From: Candidatus Dojkabacteria bacterium
GTDB taxonomy: Bacteria > Patescibacteriota > Dojkabacteria > SC72
Assembly (NCBI GenBank): GCA_040773125.1
Contig: JAXGWV010000003.1
Span: 1 to 40,246, forward strand
DNA: 40,246 nucleotides
Reading direction: 5' to 3'
Every line of letters starts with the position of its first letter. Position 1 is the first letter of the stretch. A program made the position numbers and the translations under genes. Positions 18,833 to 26,930 of the stretch are shown here, one piece after another. Under the pieces are notes generated by a model. That model saw only the letters and a list, made by a program, of their open reading frames with translations. It was not told where the DNA came from and made no database searches.

Positions 18833-19417
18833 TTAATGAGATTCTAAATCAGAGAAGTCTCTTAACTCCTCCCATTTTTCTTCAAACTCATCTCGAGATT
18901 TAGCCTCTTCTACAAATTTATCGTATTGAGAATGAGAATTTATTCTTCTGTAATATTTAATTGGACACCAGTATCTTTCAGTTCTCGCACCAATTTCAGT
19001 ACAGAATCGAAAAAGATTGTTTACATAGCTACAGTATATGCAATTAAATTTTTCCATAGGATTGAGTAAACTTAATAGCTTTCTATCGTATACAAAGTAT
19101 TCGCTTTGTTTGACAGTTGGTATTCCGTAGAGTCTAAAACAAACTTGTTGGTATATTTGGACAGAGATATGAAGGATTACAGAGGGGATTATCATTGAAT
19201 ATATAAAGGGCATACTTAATAAATATTTCCAATTGAATTTTACTTTTGGAAACTTAATTCGTTTAACAATATTCTCTTCTTCAAGTATTTTATTAATATT
19301 TTCATCAAAAGTAGTACTAATTTTCTCTTTTAATTCTGTAAGTTTTATATATGCATCATTGTTTTTGGAGATTTCATTAATGTTCTCTTTTATCTTTTCA
19401 AGTAGGTTTTCTTTCAT
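18833..19417 (-). CDS. Conserved hypothetical membrane protein with CxxC
   Basis: Hydrophobic stretch then NCIYCSYVN and RTERYWCPIK. Confidence 0.75.
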   Translation of the reverse strand: MKENLLEKIKENINEISKNNDAYIKLTELKEKISTTFDENINKILEEENIVKRIKFPKVKFNWKYLLSMPFIYSMIIPSVILHISVQIYQQVCFRLYGIPTVKQSEYFVYDRKLLSLLNPMEKFNCIYCSYVNNLFRFCTEIGARTERYWCPIKYYRRINSHSQYDKFVEEAKSRDEFEEKWEELRDFSDLESH

Positions 19418-19525
19418 ATTAGTAATGTAAAAATTATTAGTTTATGCAAGGTATTATAGACTTTAATTGAAGATTTTACGATGTATATGTTTAATATCCA
19501 CCCAATTATCTAATATAATGTGTAT

Positions 19526-20257
19526 ATGGATGTTATTTATACAATTGATAGGGAGAAGGATATGAGTATGGTCTATACTATGCTTAAATCTGATGATCTT
19601 TCTGATAATTTGCAAAGAACAAAAAGAATGGGTATTAGTAGGCAATTGTTTAATAAGATAGCCGAGAGTAGCTCATATAATGAAGTAGAAAATGAAATTA
19701 ATGAACTTTACAATACAAAACTTTTAAATGACAAAGAACTACTTCTCTCTAAAACAAAACTATATCAGAGTAATTGGAATTTAATAAATGATATTTTCGA
19801 ACAAGAAACTGAAAGAGTAGTAGGAATGAAATGGAAATATGAAAAATACTATGTGATAGTATCATTGTTTCATCCTGGTGTTAGTAATATGTTGGGAGAC
19901 ACAGTATATCTCTGGATTTATGATGATTTAGATATCCATTTAAGGATAGCTGCTCATGAGTTACTAATGACCCATTTATGGCAATTCTTTTATAAAAACT
20001 TTCCAGAGGAGGATATTAATAATAATTGGAATAAATATTGGTCGGTAAATGAAATAACAACGACATTTATTTTAGGATTAGATAGTAAATTAAATAATCT
20101 ATGGTCAGATAGGATGAAGGGATACAAAAACTTTTTACAAAATTATCCTCAATTAAAAGAAGGAAGGGATTTATTAGTAAACAAGTATAAGAAGAGAAGT
20201 AGCTTTAAAGACTTTATTGATTATAGTCTACCAATGTTTACAACTCCGCGTATATGA
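19526..20257 (+). CDS. Hypothetical protein with degenerate HExxH-like motif; stop codon lies inside repeat R1
   Basis: IAAHELLMTH; TATAAT 6 nt before ATG 19526. Confidence 0.65.
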   Translation: MDVIYTIDREKDMSMVYTMLKSDDLSDNLQRTKRMGISRQLFNKIAESSSYNEVENEINELYNTKLLNDKELLLSKTKLYQSNWNLINDIFEQETERVVGMKWKYEKYYVIVSLFHPGVSNMLGDTVYLWIYDDLDIHLRIAAHELLMTHLWQFFYKNFPEEDINNNWNKYWSVNEITTTFILGLDSKLNNLWSDRMKGYKNFLQNYPQLKEGRDLLVNKYKKRSSFKDFIDYSLPMFTTPRI

Positions 20258-20324
20258 CATATTCCTTAACCTGAAGTTGGATTATGGAATTAATATATTC
20301 AAAATAGATTCGTTGATATATAAT
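20244..20324 (+). repeat. att-like module R1
   Basis: CTCCGCGTATATGACATATTCCTTAACC; first 7 nt identical to the tRNA-Asn 3' end (31914-31920); TATAAT at offset +75. Confidence 0.85.
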
Positions 20325-20331
20325 GCTAAAT

Positions 20332-20871
20332 ATGGAAATAGAAAAATTAGAATTAATTGATTTGCCAAAGACTGACGAATTACAAGTTACTACGAGGTTA
20401 TTTCCTATACCAAGTGCTATGGAAGATGGAAAGATACTAATACAAGAGATGAAAATAAATGGGAAGCTTAGCCCTGATATAGCTCTAATTGACGCTTCAG
20501 TTAATACTCCTGTCCAGTATTATGATGGAGTAAGTAAAATAACAGATATTTTTTACTCTACAACTGACAATAGACCAGTTGGTGTTATTTTAATGTCTCC
20601 GGAAGGAGAAATATCTTTGAAAGTATATAATCCCAAGACAGATGGTGGTCCTAGAGGATATTCAGTGACCAAGGGATGGACTATGCAAACAATTATTCCA
20701 GAAGGGACAACTTTAAGGTTCTTTGATTATCACTCTCCTAAGGGGTATGCAGAAAAGGAAGGGGATAAAATGTATGGGGAAACTGTAGTATCTACGGTAA
20801 CAGATGAAAAGGTATTAGAGAAATTTAAAGGAGCAGAAAAAGAGTTGTTAGATTATATGAAAAAGCTTTGA
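20332..20871 (+). CDS. Hypothetical protein (cassette 1 cargo)
   Basis: ~180-aa ORF; ATG 7 nt after the TATAAT of R1. Confidence 0.7.
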   Translation: MEIEKLELIDLPKTDELQVTTRLFPIPSAMEDGKILIQEMKINGKLSPDIALIDASVNTPVQYYDGVSKITDIFYSTTDNRPVGVILMSPEGEISLKVYNPKTDGGPRGYSVTKGWTMQTIIPEGTTLRFFDYHSPKGYAEKEGDKMYGETVVSTVTDEKVLEKFKGAEKELLDYMKKL

Positions 20872-20879
20872 GGAAAAAA

Positions 20880-20960
20880 CTTCTTGTATATGACATATTT
20901 CTGGACCTTAGAATATTTGTTAGCCTGAACTCTCAAGAGAATGACAAATTATTGTATAAT
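20880..20960 (+). repeat. att-like module R2
   Basis: CTTCTTGTATATGACATATTTCTGGACC preceded by an A-run; TATAAT at offset +75. Confidence 0.85.
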
Positions 20961-20989
20961 CTTTAATAAAATGTTATTACCTTACCAAT

Positions 20990-21670
20990 ATGACAAAACC
21001 CTTCCCAGCTGATGAAAGTAATTATATATTTACAGAGGGTATAGATTATTCAAAGACATCCGCAAATTCAATATGGGGAGATGAGGATATTTCTACCCAG
21101 AGTATGTTAAAGAAATTGGTTAAATCTGATAGCAAGTGGGTTAATCTTGCTTCGGGTGATGGAAGATACAACTGCTTGATTGCAAATATTGCAGGTGAGG
21201 TTACAGATGTAGATATTGATGAAGGCGCTTTAGAAAAACTTTTTTCTAATACTCCAGAGAATATTAGGAGTAAGCTTGTATTAAAATCATTTAATATTGT
21301 TAAGAAATTCCCTTTAGAAAGTAGTGCATATGATGGTTTATTTAGCTCTGGTACTCTTTATCTTTTTCCAGATGATGTATTTATGAATATTGCTAAAGAG
21401 ATATCAAGGATATTGAAGGTAGGAGGGAATATCGCATTAGAGTGGGCTATAAATATTAAAAGGATTTCTCCAACAGGAGAACCAGTTATCTTTGGTACGG
21501 AGCCTTTATATAATAGGGAGAGAGCAAGTAATGTTATACAGAAGGCTTTTCCAAATTTTAAAGTTAAGTTTATAGATGGAGAAAAGGTGTATTCTGATGA
21601 ATGTGAAGCCAACCCTCCATATCATTTTTACTGTGATACATTATTAATAGTGGGGGAAAAAATTCAATAA
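20990..21670 (+). CDS. Class I SAM-dependent methyltransferase (cassette 2 cargo)
   Basis: VNLASGDGR motif I, VDID, FPLESSAYDG, EISRILKVGG. Confidence 0.85.
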   Translation: MTKPFPADESNYIFTEGIDYSKTSANSIWGDEDISTQSMLKKLVKSDSKWVNLASGDGRYNCLIANIAGEVTDVDIDEGALEKLFSNTPENIRSKLVLKSFNIVKKFPLESSAYDGLFSSGTLYLFPDDVFMNIAKEISRILKVGGNIALEWAINIKRISPTGEPVIFGTEPLYNRERASNVIQKAFPNFKVKFIDGEKVYSDECEANPPYHFYCDTLLIVGEKIQ

Positions 21671-21673
21671 AAA

Positions 21674-21709
21674 CTCCCCGTATATGGCATATTCCTGAAC
21701 TTTAAGTTC
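21674..21709 (+). repeat. att-like module R3
   Basis: CTCCCCGTATATGGCATATTCCTGAAC, 3 nt after the methyltransferase stop. Confidence 0.85.
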
Positions 21710-21712
21710 TCT

Positions 21713-23017
21713 TTACCAAAGGGGGTTTTGTTCGTATATTGATTTTGTGGAGGGAGAGAGTACATTAAGAAATATATTTCTTGGTTCCTCTTCTCTTACT
21801 ACATTCCAACAAGAAAGAAGGATAGAAGCTTGGTTTGGAAAAATTTGGTCTCTTTGTATTTCTCCTGTATGAGTATTTACTGTGTCACCATCTCCAAAGA
21901 ATGGGTGAGTTAAACTTGGGAATTCCTGGTGGAGGCGTTTTAATGCATTAAGTGTATCTTGTGGATATACAATTCCCATATTTATTAGGGCTGAGATTGT
22001 TACAATAGGTTGAGGAATATATGGATCTGTAGATTCTCCTGTTTGTGGAACTCTGTATTCATAATATCTTCCATCTGGTCCCAATCCTGCAGAATATCCA
22101 TAGTGTCCATAGTTGTGTTGTTCTCCATACTCTCTTTGTAGTTGTATTGTACTTTTTATTGTTTCCTCCCACTGAGGACTAAATTTATCTTCTGGGATTA
22201 TTAGGGTTGGCCATCCTAGTGCAAAGTATTCTCCATCCCATGTACGTCTTCCTTTTCGTTGTTTTGAATCTTTAAAGAAACTATTTTCTGTTCGCCTGTT
22301 TATTAACTTACTCATTTCATGTAATATCTCATCTTCGCATAATAGATAGGCGATTCGTGCTTCTGAGAGAACATCATATTGCCAAGGTTCAAAACATTTG
22401 TCATTTATATTGTAGCATCCATTAAAAAACCCAGTTGAATGGTCAAACATAAAAGGTAGATCCATTTTATTGAGGTAAGTTTCAATAGAGTCAGAATATT
22501 CAGGAAATTGTACACCTGTCATTTTACTAAAAGCTATTAACCATGCCATGTCTACAGTAGAAATTTGTTGTTTTATTTTTATTTCTGTATTTGGCCACTG
22601 TTTTAGTATTGTTCCTGTTGATGGTTGTATAGAGTTAACAAATAGACCCTTATCTTCTCTTGTTTTAATAAAGATTTCAGGATCTTCTGTCATTTTTATA
22701 ATTGTAGTTATAGTTTTTCCTAATCTTTCATATGTTTCTTGTTCTGAAATAAAGCCCATTGAATATGCCCCACCTATAGAAGCTAAGAGAAACCCTATAT
22801 TTGTAGGACTAGTTTTATCTATTTTAGAAACTTCCCCCGTAGGGATACCATCATAAAGATGATGATGTAATTGATCTGAAGGGAGGCCTGTATCATTGTA
22901 TGTCATTTCACTAATGCTGTTCCAAGCCATCTTCGCATATTGAAGATATTCCTCTTTTATTTCAGGTGGGAGAGTTTCTATTACTTCTTTATCGTATATA
23001 GGTGATTCTAGACTCAT
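21713..23017 (-). CDS. DUF3131/glycoamylase-like glycoside hydrolase related to beta-1,2-glucan enzymes (cassette 3 cargo)
   Basis: TGLPSD, KTSPTNIG, ISTVDMAWL, YDVLSEARI motifs. Confidence 0.7.
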   Translation of the reverse strand: MSLESPIYDKEVIETLPPEIKEEYLQYAKMAWNSISEMTYNDTGLPSDQLHHHLYDGIPTGEVSKIDKTSPTNIGFLLASIGGAYSMGFISEQETYERLGKTITTIIKMTEDPEIFIKTREDKGLFVNSIQPSTGTILKQWPNTEIKIKQQISTVDMAWLIAFSKMTGVQFPEYSDSIETYLNKMDLPFMFDHSTGFFNGCYNINDKCFEPWQYDVLSEARIAYLLCEDEILHEMSKLINRRTENSFFKDSKQRKGRRTWDGEYFALGWPTLIIPEDKFSPQWEETIKSTIQLQREYGEQHNYGHYGYSAGLGPDGRYYEYRVPQTGESTDPYIPQPIVTISALINMGIVYPQDTLNALKRLHQEFPSLTHPFFGDGDTVNTHTGEIQRDQIFPNQASILLSCWNVVREEEPRNIFLNVLSPSTKSIYEQNPLW

Positions 23018-23078
23018 TATTGGTAATTATAGATGAAAATATAAATTATAGATAGGAAACTTGTGGAGGTTTAAAAAA

Positions 23079-23189
23079 CTCCTTGTACTGAGTATTGTGC
23101 GAACTGAAATAATAACATTGTTGTTGCAAGATGTGGGTAATGAAGAGGTGCAGTCTTTAGTTAGAAATATACTCATTAAAGAGGCTTAA
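23079..23189 (+). other. R4 / putative attL carrying the orphan 3' end of the serine recombinase gene
   Basis: AAAAAA-CTCC-TTGTACTGAGTATTGTGCGAAC; open 36-codon frame LLVLSIVRTEIITLLLQDVGNEEVQSLVRNILIKEA* in register with the recombinase CTC codon. Confidence 0.75.
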
Positions 23190-23267
23190 TAGAACTTTAC
23201 TTTTTTAAGTTAGAGATCCCCTTATATTAGATAGTATATGGGAATATAACTATGTATAACTAGAGTA

Positions 23268-24161
23268 TTAAATACTCATTTCTCCATTGTAAATCTTTTT
23301 GATTAAGTCTTTAGCATATTCTAATTCTTCACCATTGCTTACAAAGACACCTGTGTTTCCTGTCCCCCAGTGTCCTTTGCCTTTGACATCCTTTACATTA
23401 GATTTTGGATTGTCAATATCTTCATAATCTAAAGATAAGTAAACATCTAATTTTTCCTTATTAATTACTATGCAAGCCAAATTCTTAATTGTTTTATATG
23501 CCCAATAATTTTTTAGTTCCTTCTTTTGTATGTCATCACCCAAGTTAAGGATATATTCATCTAACTCTTCAGTATAATCAACAATGTTTTTATTAGCAGT
23601 TTTTAGTTTGTATTCAATTCTGTCATGAGGATACTTGTCACCAGAGATATGTGAACTTCTAGGTTTTTCACTTACTGCTGATGCCAACTGTATCATCAGG
23701 AAGTCGTTTTCAAATAAGGTATATCTAATTAACTCTATGTTTCTATTAATCTGTTTTATAGCATTATCATCATATTTATTGAAATCAGTTGCTATACATA
23801 ATAATCTAGGATTATCCCAATCAATATCTACTTTTGTACCGATTTTCTCTCTACACAGAATATCAAAATCAGCTTTGTGTTCCATGAACCAATCTAGGTA
23901 GAAGAGACCCTGATTAATAACATTGGTGTTAGAGTCTAGTTTGTATTCTATAATTACAGGACAGTTATTTTCATCCAATCCTAGTGTATCTACTCTTCCA
24001 TTATCAATAATATATTCAGAGGCTAAAAATCTTACTCCAAAGAGCTCTTCTAAGTTCTTCTCCACAATATCTTGTATCTGCTTTTCTAACCTTAGGCTTT
24101 TAGCTTTTATCTGTGTACTTTTATTTGTTGGAGAGATATTAAAGAGTTTTATTTCTGACAT
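23268..24161 (-). CDS. NucS/DUF91-like PD-(D/E)xK endonuclease with DUF5655-like C-terminus
   Basis: LEKQIQ..E, GRVDTLGLD, IIEYK, QGLFY; C-terminal GHWGTG. Confidence 0.8.
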   Translation of the reverse strand: MSEIKLFNISPTNKSTQIKAKSLRLEKQIQDIVEKNLEELFGVRFLASEYIIDNGRVDTLGLDENNCPVIIEYKLDSNTNVINQGLFYLDWFMEHKADFDILCREKIGTKVDIDWDNPRLLCIATDFNKYDDNAIKQINRNIELIRYTLFENDFLMIQLASAVSEKPRSSHISGDKYPHDRIEYKLKTANKNIVDYTEELDEYILNLGDDIQKKELKNYWAYKTIKNLACIVINKEKLDVYLSLDYEDIDNPKSNVKDVKGKGHWGTGNTGVFVSNGEELEYAKDLIKKIYNGEMSI

Positions 24162-24348
24162 TTATATCTATTCTTAATTTACATTAATGTTGTAATTATA
24201 TATCATTACTCATATTTATAAAAATAGGCTTAAGATATTAAAACCTATTAAATATAACCATTGCTATATTATTGGAAGGAGTTAGACTTAAAAAATTCAT
24301 TAATATGAAGTATACTAGCAATGTAATTACACGAAGGAATGTAAAGAT

Positions 24349-26928
24349 ATGGCCAAAGAAGCTCAAGCAAGAATTAAAATTAATGAACTGTTAACTGCTT
24401 CAGGTTGGAGATTACTTGATGACCCAGAAAAAGGGAGAGCTAATGTTTCTTTAGAGAGTAATGTAAAGATTGAAAATAATCCAGGGGACAATTTTGAAAA
24501 TGTTGAAACTAGAAATGGATTTGTAGACTATCTCTTGTATGATGCAAATAACTATCCAATATGTGTCTTAGAAGCAAAATCAGAAGATAGACATCCTTTA
24601 GATGGTAAAGAACAGGCAAGAGACTATGCTAACTCCTTAGGTTCAAATGTAAGGTACATAATACTTTCTAATGGAAACATGCACTTCCTTTGGGATATGA
24701 AGCTAGGAAATCCTACTTCCATATCTCATTTTCCAACACTAGAATCATTAGTATCCTCAAAAGATTTTGTACCAGATAAAAATAGGTTAGTTAATACACA
24801 GGTTGGAAGTGATTACATAGCTCTTACTCAAGATCCTGATTACAAGCTTGATCCTAGGTGGAATACAGAAGAAGGCAGAAATCAGATGATTGAAAGAGAA
24901 GGATTGAGATTTCTAAGACCATATCAGTTAAATGCAATTATAACTGTTCAAAAAGCTGTAGCAGAAGATAAGAATAGATTTTTGATGGAAATGGCAACAG
25001 GTACAGGTAAGACCTTGCTATCTGCAGCCCTGATTAAACTCTTTCTTAAGACTAAAAATGCTAGAAGAGTACTCTTTCTTGTAGATAGAATTGAATTAGA
25101 AAATCAAGCAAAAAGGAACTTTGATGCATATTTAAAACCTGACTTCACAACAGTTGTTTACAAGGAAGCTAGGGATGAGTGGAAGAAAGCAGAAATAGTT
25201 GTAACAACAATACAGAGTATCTCTTCAAACAACAAATACCTTAGGCTCTTCTCTCCAAATGACTTTGATTTAATTATCTCTGATGAGGCACATAGGTCTA
25301 TCTCTGGAAACAGTAGAGTTATCTTTGAGTACTTCATAGGATACAAGCTTGGTTTAACTGCTACCCCTAAGGACTATCTTAAAAAGGTTAATCAAGAAGA
25401 TTTAGCTGAACAGGACCCAAGAGAACTAGAAAGAAGAATACTTCTATCTACTTACAAAACTTTTGGATGCGAAAGTGGGGAACCAACATTTAGATATAGT
25501 CTTGTAGATGGTGTAAGAGATGGCTTTTTAGTTAATCCTAGAACAATAGATTGTAGAACAGAGGTTACAACTCAATTACTTTCAGAGGAAGGTTTTGTTA
25601 TGACACAAGATCCAGATTCAGAAGAGGGAGAATATATTAGTACTGATGAGCAAGGAAACCAAGTGGTATATAAAGCAAGAGACTTTGAAAAAAAATTCTT
25701 TAGTGAAGAGACAAATAGAAAGTTTGTAGAAGCCTTTATGCAAAATGCTCAAAGAGATCCAATATCTGGGGAGATTGGTAAATCAATAATTTTTTGTGTC
25801 AGTCAGAGACATGCATCAAAGATTACAAATCTACTTAATGAATATGCTATGCAAATGTATCCAGATAAATACCAGTCAGACTTTGCCTTACAGATAACCT
25901 CAAATGTACAAGATGCTCAGCTTTATTCAGTACAGTTTGCTAATAATAATCTAAGAGGGCTATCAAAGTTTCTTGATGGATACAAATCAAGTAAGACCAG
26001 AGTATGTGTAACTGTTGGTATGATGACAACAGGATATGATTGCGAGGACCTATTAAATGTAGCTCTTCTTAGGCCAATATTTTCTCCTACAGATTTTGTA
26101 CAGATAAAAGGTAGAGGTACAAGAAGATTCAGATTCAGATATTCACAAAGAGATGGTATGGCAGTTAATGAAATTGTAAAAGATAAGAAGTATTTTAAAC
26201 TCTTTGATTTCTTCGCTAACTGTGAATACTTTGAAGAAGAGTATCCATATGATGAGATATTACCGTTACCAAAACAGAGAAAAGGAACTACAGCAGATCC
26301 TCGTGGTCCATTTGGACCTATAGGAGGAAAAGATTCTGAAGGTATCTATGGTGGAACTGATGTAATAACGGAATTTAATGAAATAGAAATAGATGAAAAT
26401 GGTATGAGAATTGATAGAGAGCTTTACTCAAGTAAATTTGAGGAGAAGCTTAAAGAAGTGTATACAGAGATTCCAGAGTTTAAAGAGGCTGTAGATACTA
26501 ACGACTATGAGACAGCTCAGTATGTTGTTACATCTCAACTCTTTGATAAACCAGAGGAGTATTACAATATGGATAGATTAAGAGAGAGTTACAAGAGTGA
26601 TAGAAGAATATTCTTATCAGATATTTTAGAGAAGGTCTTTAAAGGAAAGGCATTCAAAACAAAGAATGATTTAGCAGAGGAAGATTTCCAAAACTACTTG
26701 GTAGTTAATAATGTTCCTGCTGAAAACTTCTATAATGTAAAAGAGTTCTTTAAACTATATGTTGCTGATGAGACTTTTAGAAGGGATATAAATACGAATG
26801 AAATAAATAAATATGCAAATGATCCTAAACTTTTTGAAGTAATAAATAAATTGGGGAAGGAGAATATCCAGTATGTTACAGACTATGTAAAGGACAATGT
26901 TCAAATAAATAAATATTACAGCCAATAA
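24349..26928 (+). CDS. hsdR: Type I restriction enzyme R subunit
   Basis: VDYLL..VLEAK nuclease motif, LRPYQ, MATGTGKT, DEAH, LTATP, TTGYD, QIKGRGTR. Confidence 0.93.
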   Translation: MAKEAQARIKINELLTASGWRLLDDPEKGRANVSLESNVKIENNPGDNFENVETRNGFVDYLLYDANNYPICVLEAKSEDRHPLDGKEQARDYANSLGSNVRYIILSNGNMHFLWDMKLGNPTSISHFPTLESLVSSKDFVPDKNRLVNTQVGSDYIALTQDPDYKLDPRWNTEEGRNQMIEREGLRFLRPYQLNAIITVQKAVAEDKNRFLMEMATGTGKTLLSAALIKLFLKTKNARRVLFLVDRIELENQAKRNFDAYLKPDFTTVVYKEARDEWKKAEIVVTTIQSISSNNKYLRLFSPNDFDLIISDEAHRSISGNSRVIFEYFIGYKLGLTATPKDYLKKVNQEDLAEQDPRELERRILLSTYKTFGCESGEPTFRYSLVDGVRDGFLVNPRTIDCRTEVTTQLLSEEGFVMTQDPDSEEGEYISTDEQGNQVVYKARDFEKKFFSEETNRKFVEAFMQNAQRDPISGEIGKSIIFCVSQRHASKITNLLNEYAMQMYPDKYQSDFALQITSNVQDAQLYSVQFANNNLRGLSKFLDGYKSSKTRVCVTVGMMTTGYDCEDLLNVALLRPIFSPTDFVQIKGRGTRRFRFRYSQRDGMAVNEIVKDKKYFKLFDFFANCEYFEEEYPYDEILPLPKQRKGTTADPRGPFGPIGGKDSEGIYGGTDVITEFNEIEIDENGMRIDRELYSSKFEEKLKEVYTEIPEFKEAVDTNDYETAQYVVTSQLFDKPEEYYNMDRLRESYKSDRRIFLSDILEKVFKGKAFKTKNDLAEEDFQNYLVVNNVPAENFYNVKEFFKLYVADETFRRDINTNEINKYANDPKLFEVINKLGKENIQYVTDYVKDNVQINKYYSQ

Positions 26929-26930
26929 TT

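Larger units (their letters stand above)
20244..23078. mobile_element. Tandem array of three single-gene cassettes delimited by R1-R4
   Basis: Units 20244-20879, 20880-21673 and 21674-23078 each start with the repeat and carry one unrelated gene. Confidence 0.7.

Noticed and set aside
19477-19500. Possible fifth repeat (GTATATG at 19483)
   Set aside because: Lacks the CTCC core, the palindrome's second half and the +75 TATAAT; likely chance in AT-rich DNA.
20244-23110. R1-R4 as a CRISPR array or classical attC sites
   Set aside because: Spacing is 0.6-1.4 kb with whole genes between; no RYYYAAC/GTTRRRY hairpin ends and no tyrosine integron integrase.
23215-23245. Imperfect hairpin as a terminator
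   Set aside because: Weak, mismatched stem with no adjacent U-run.
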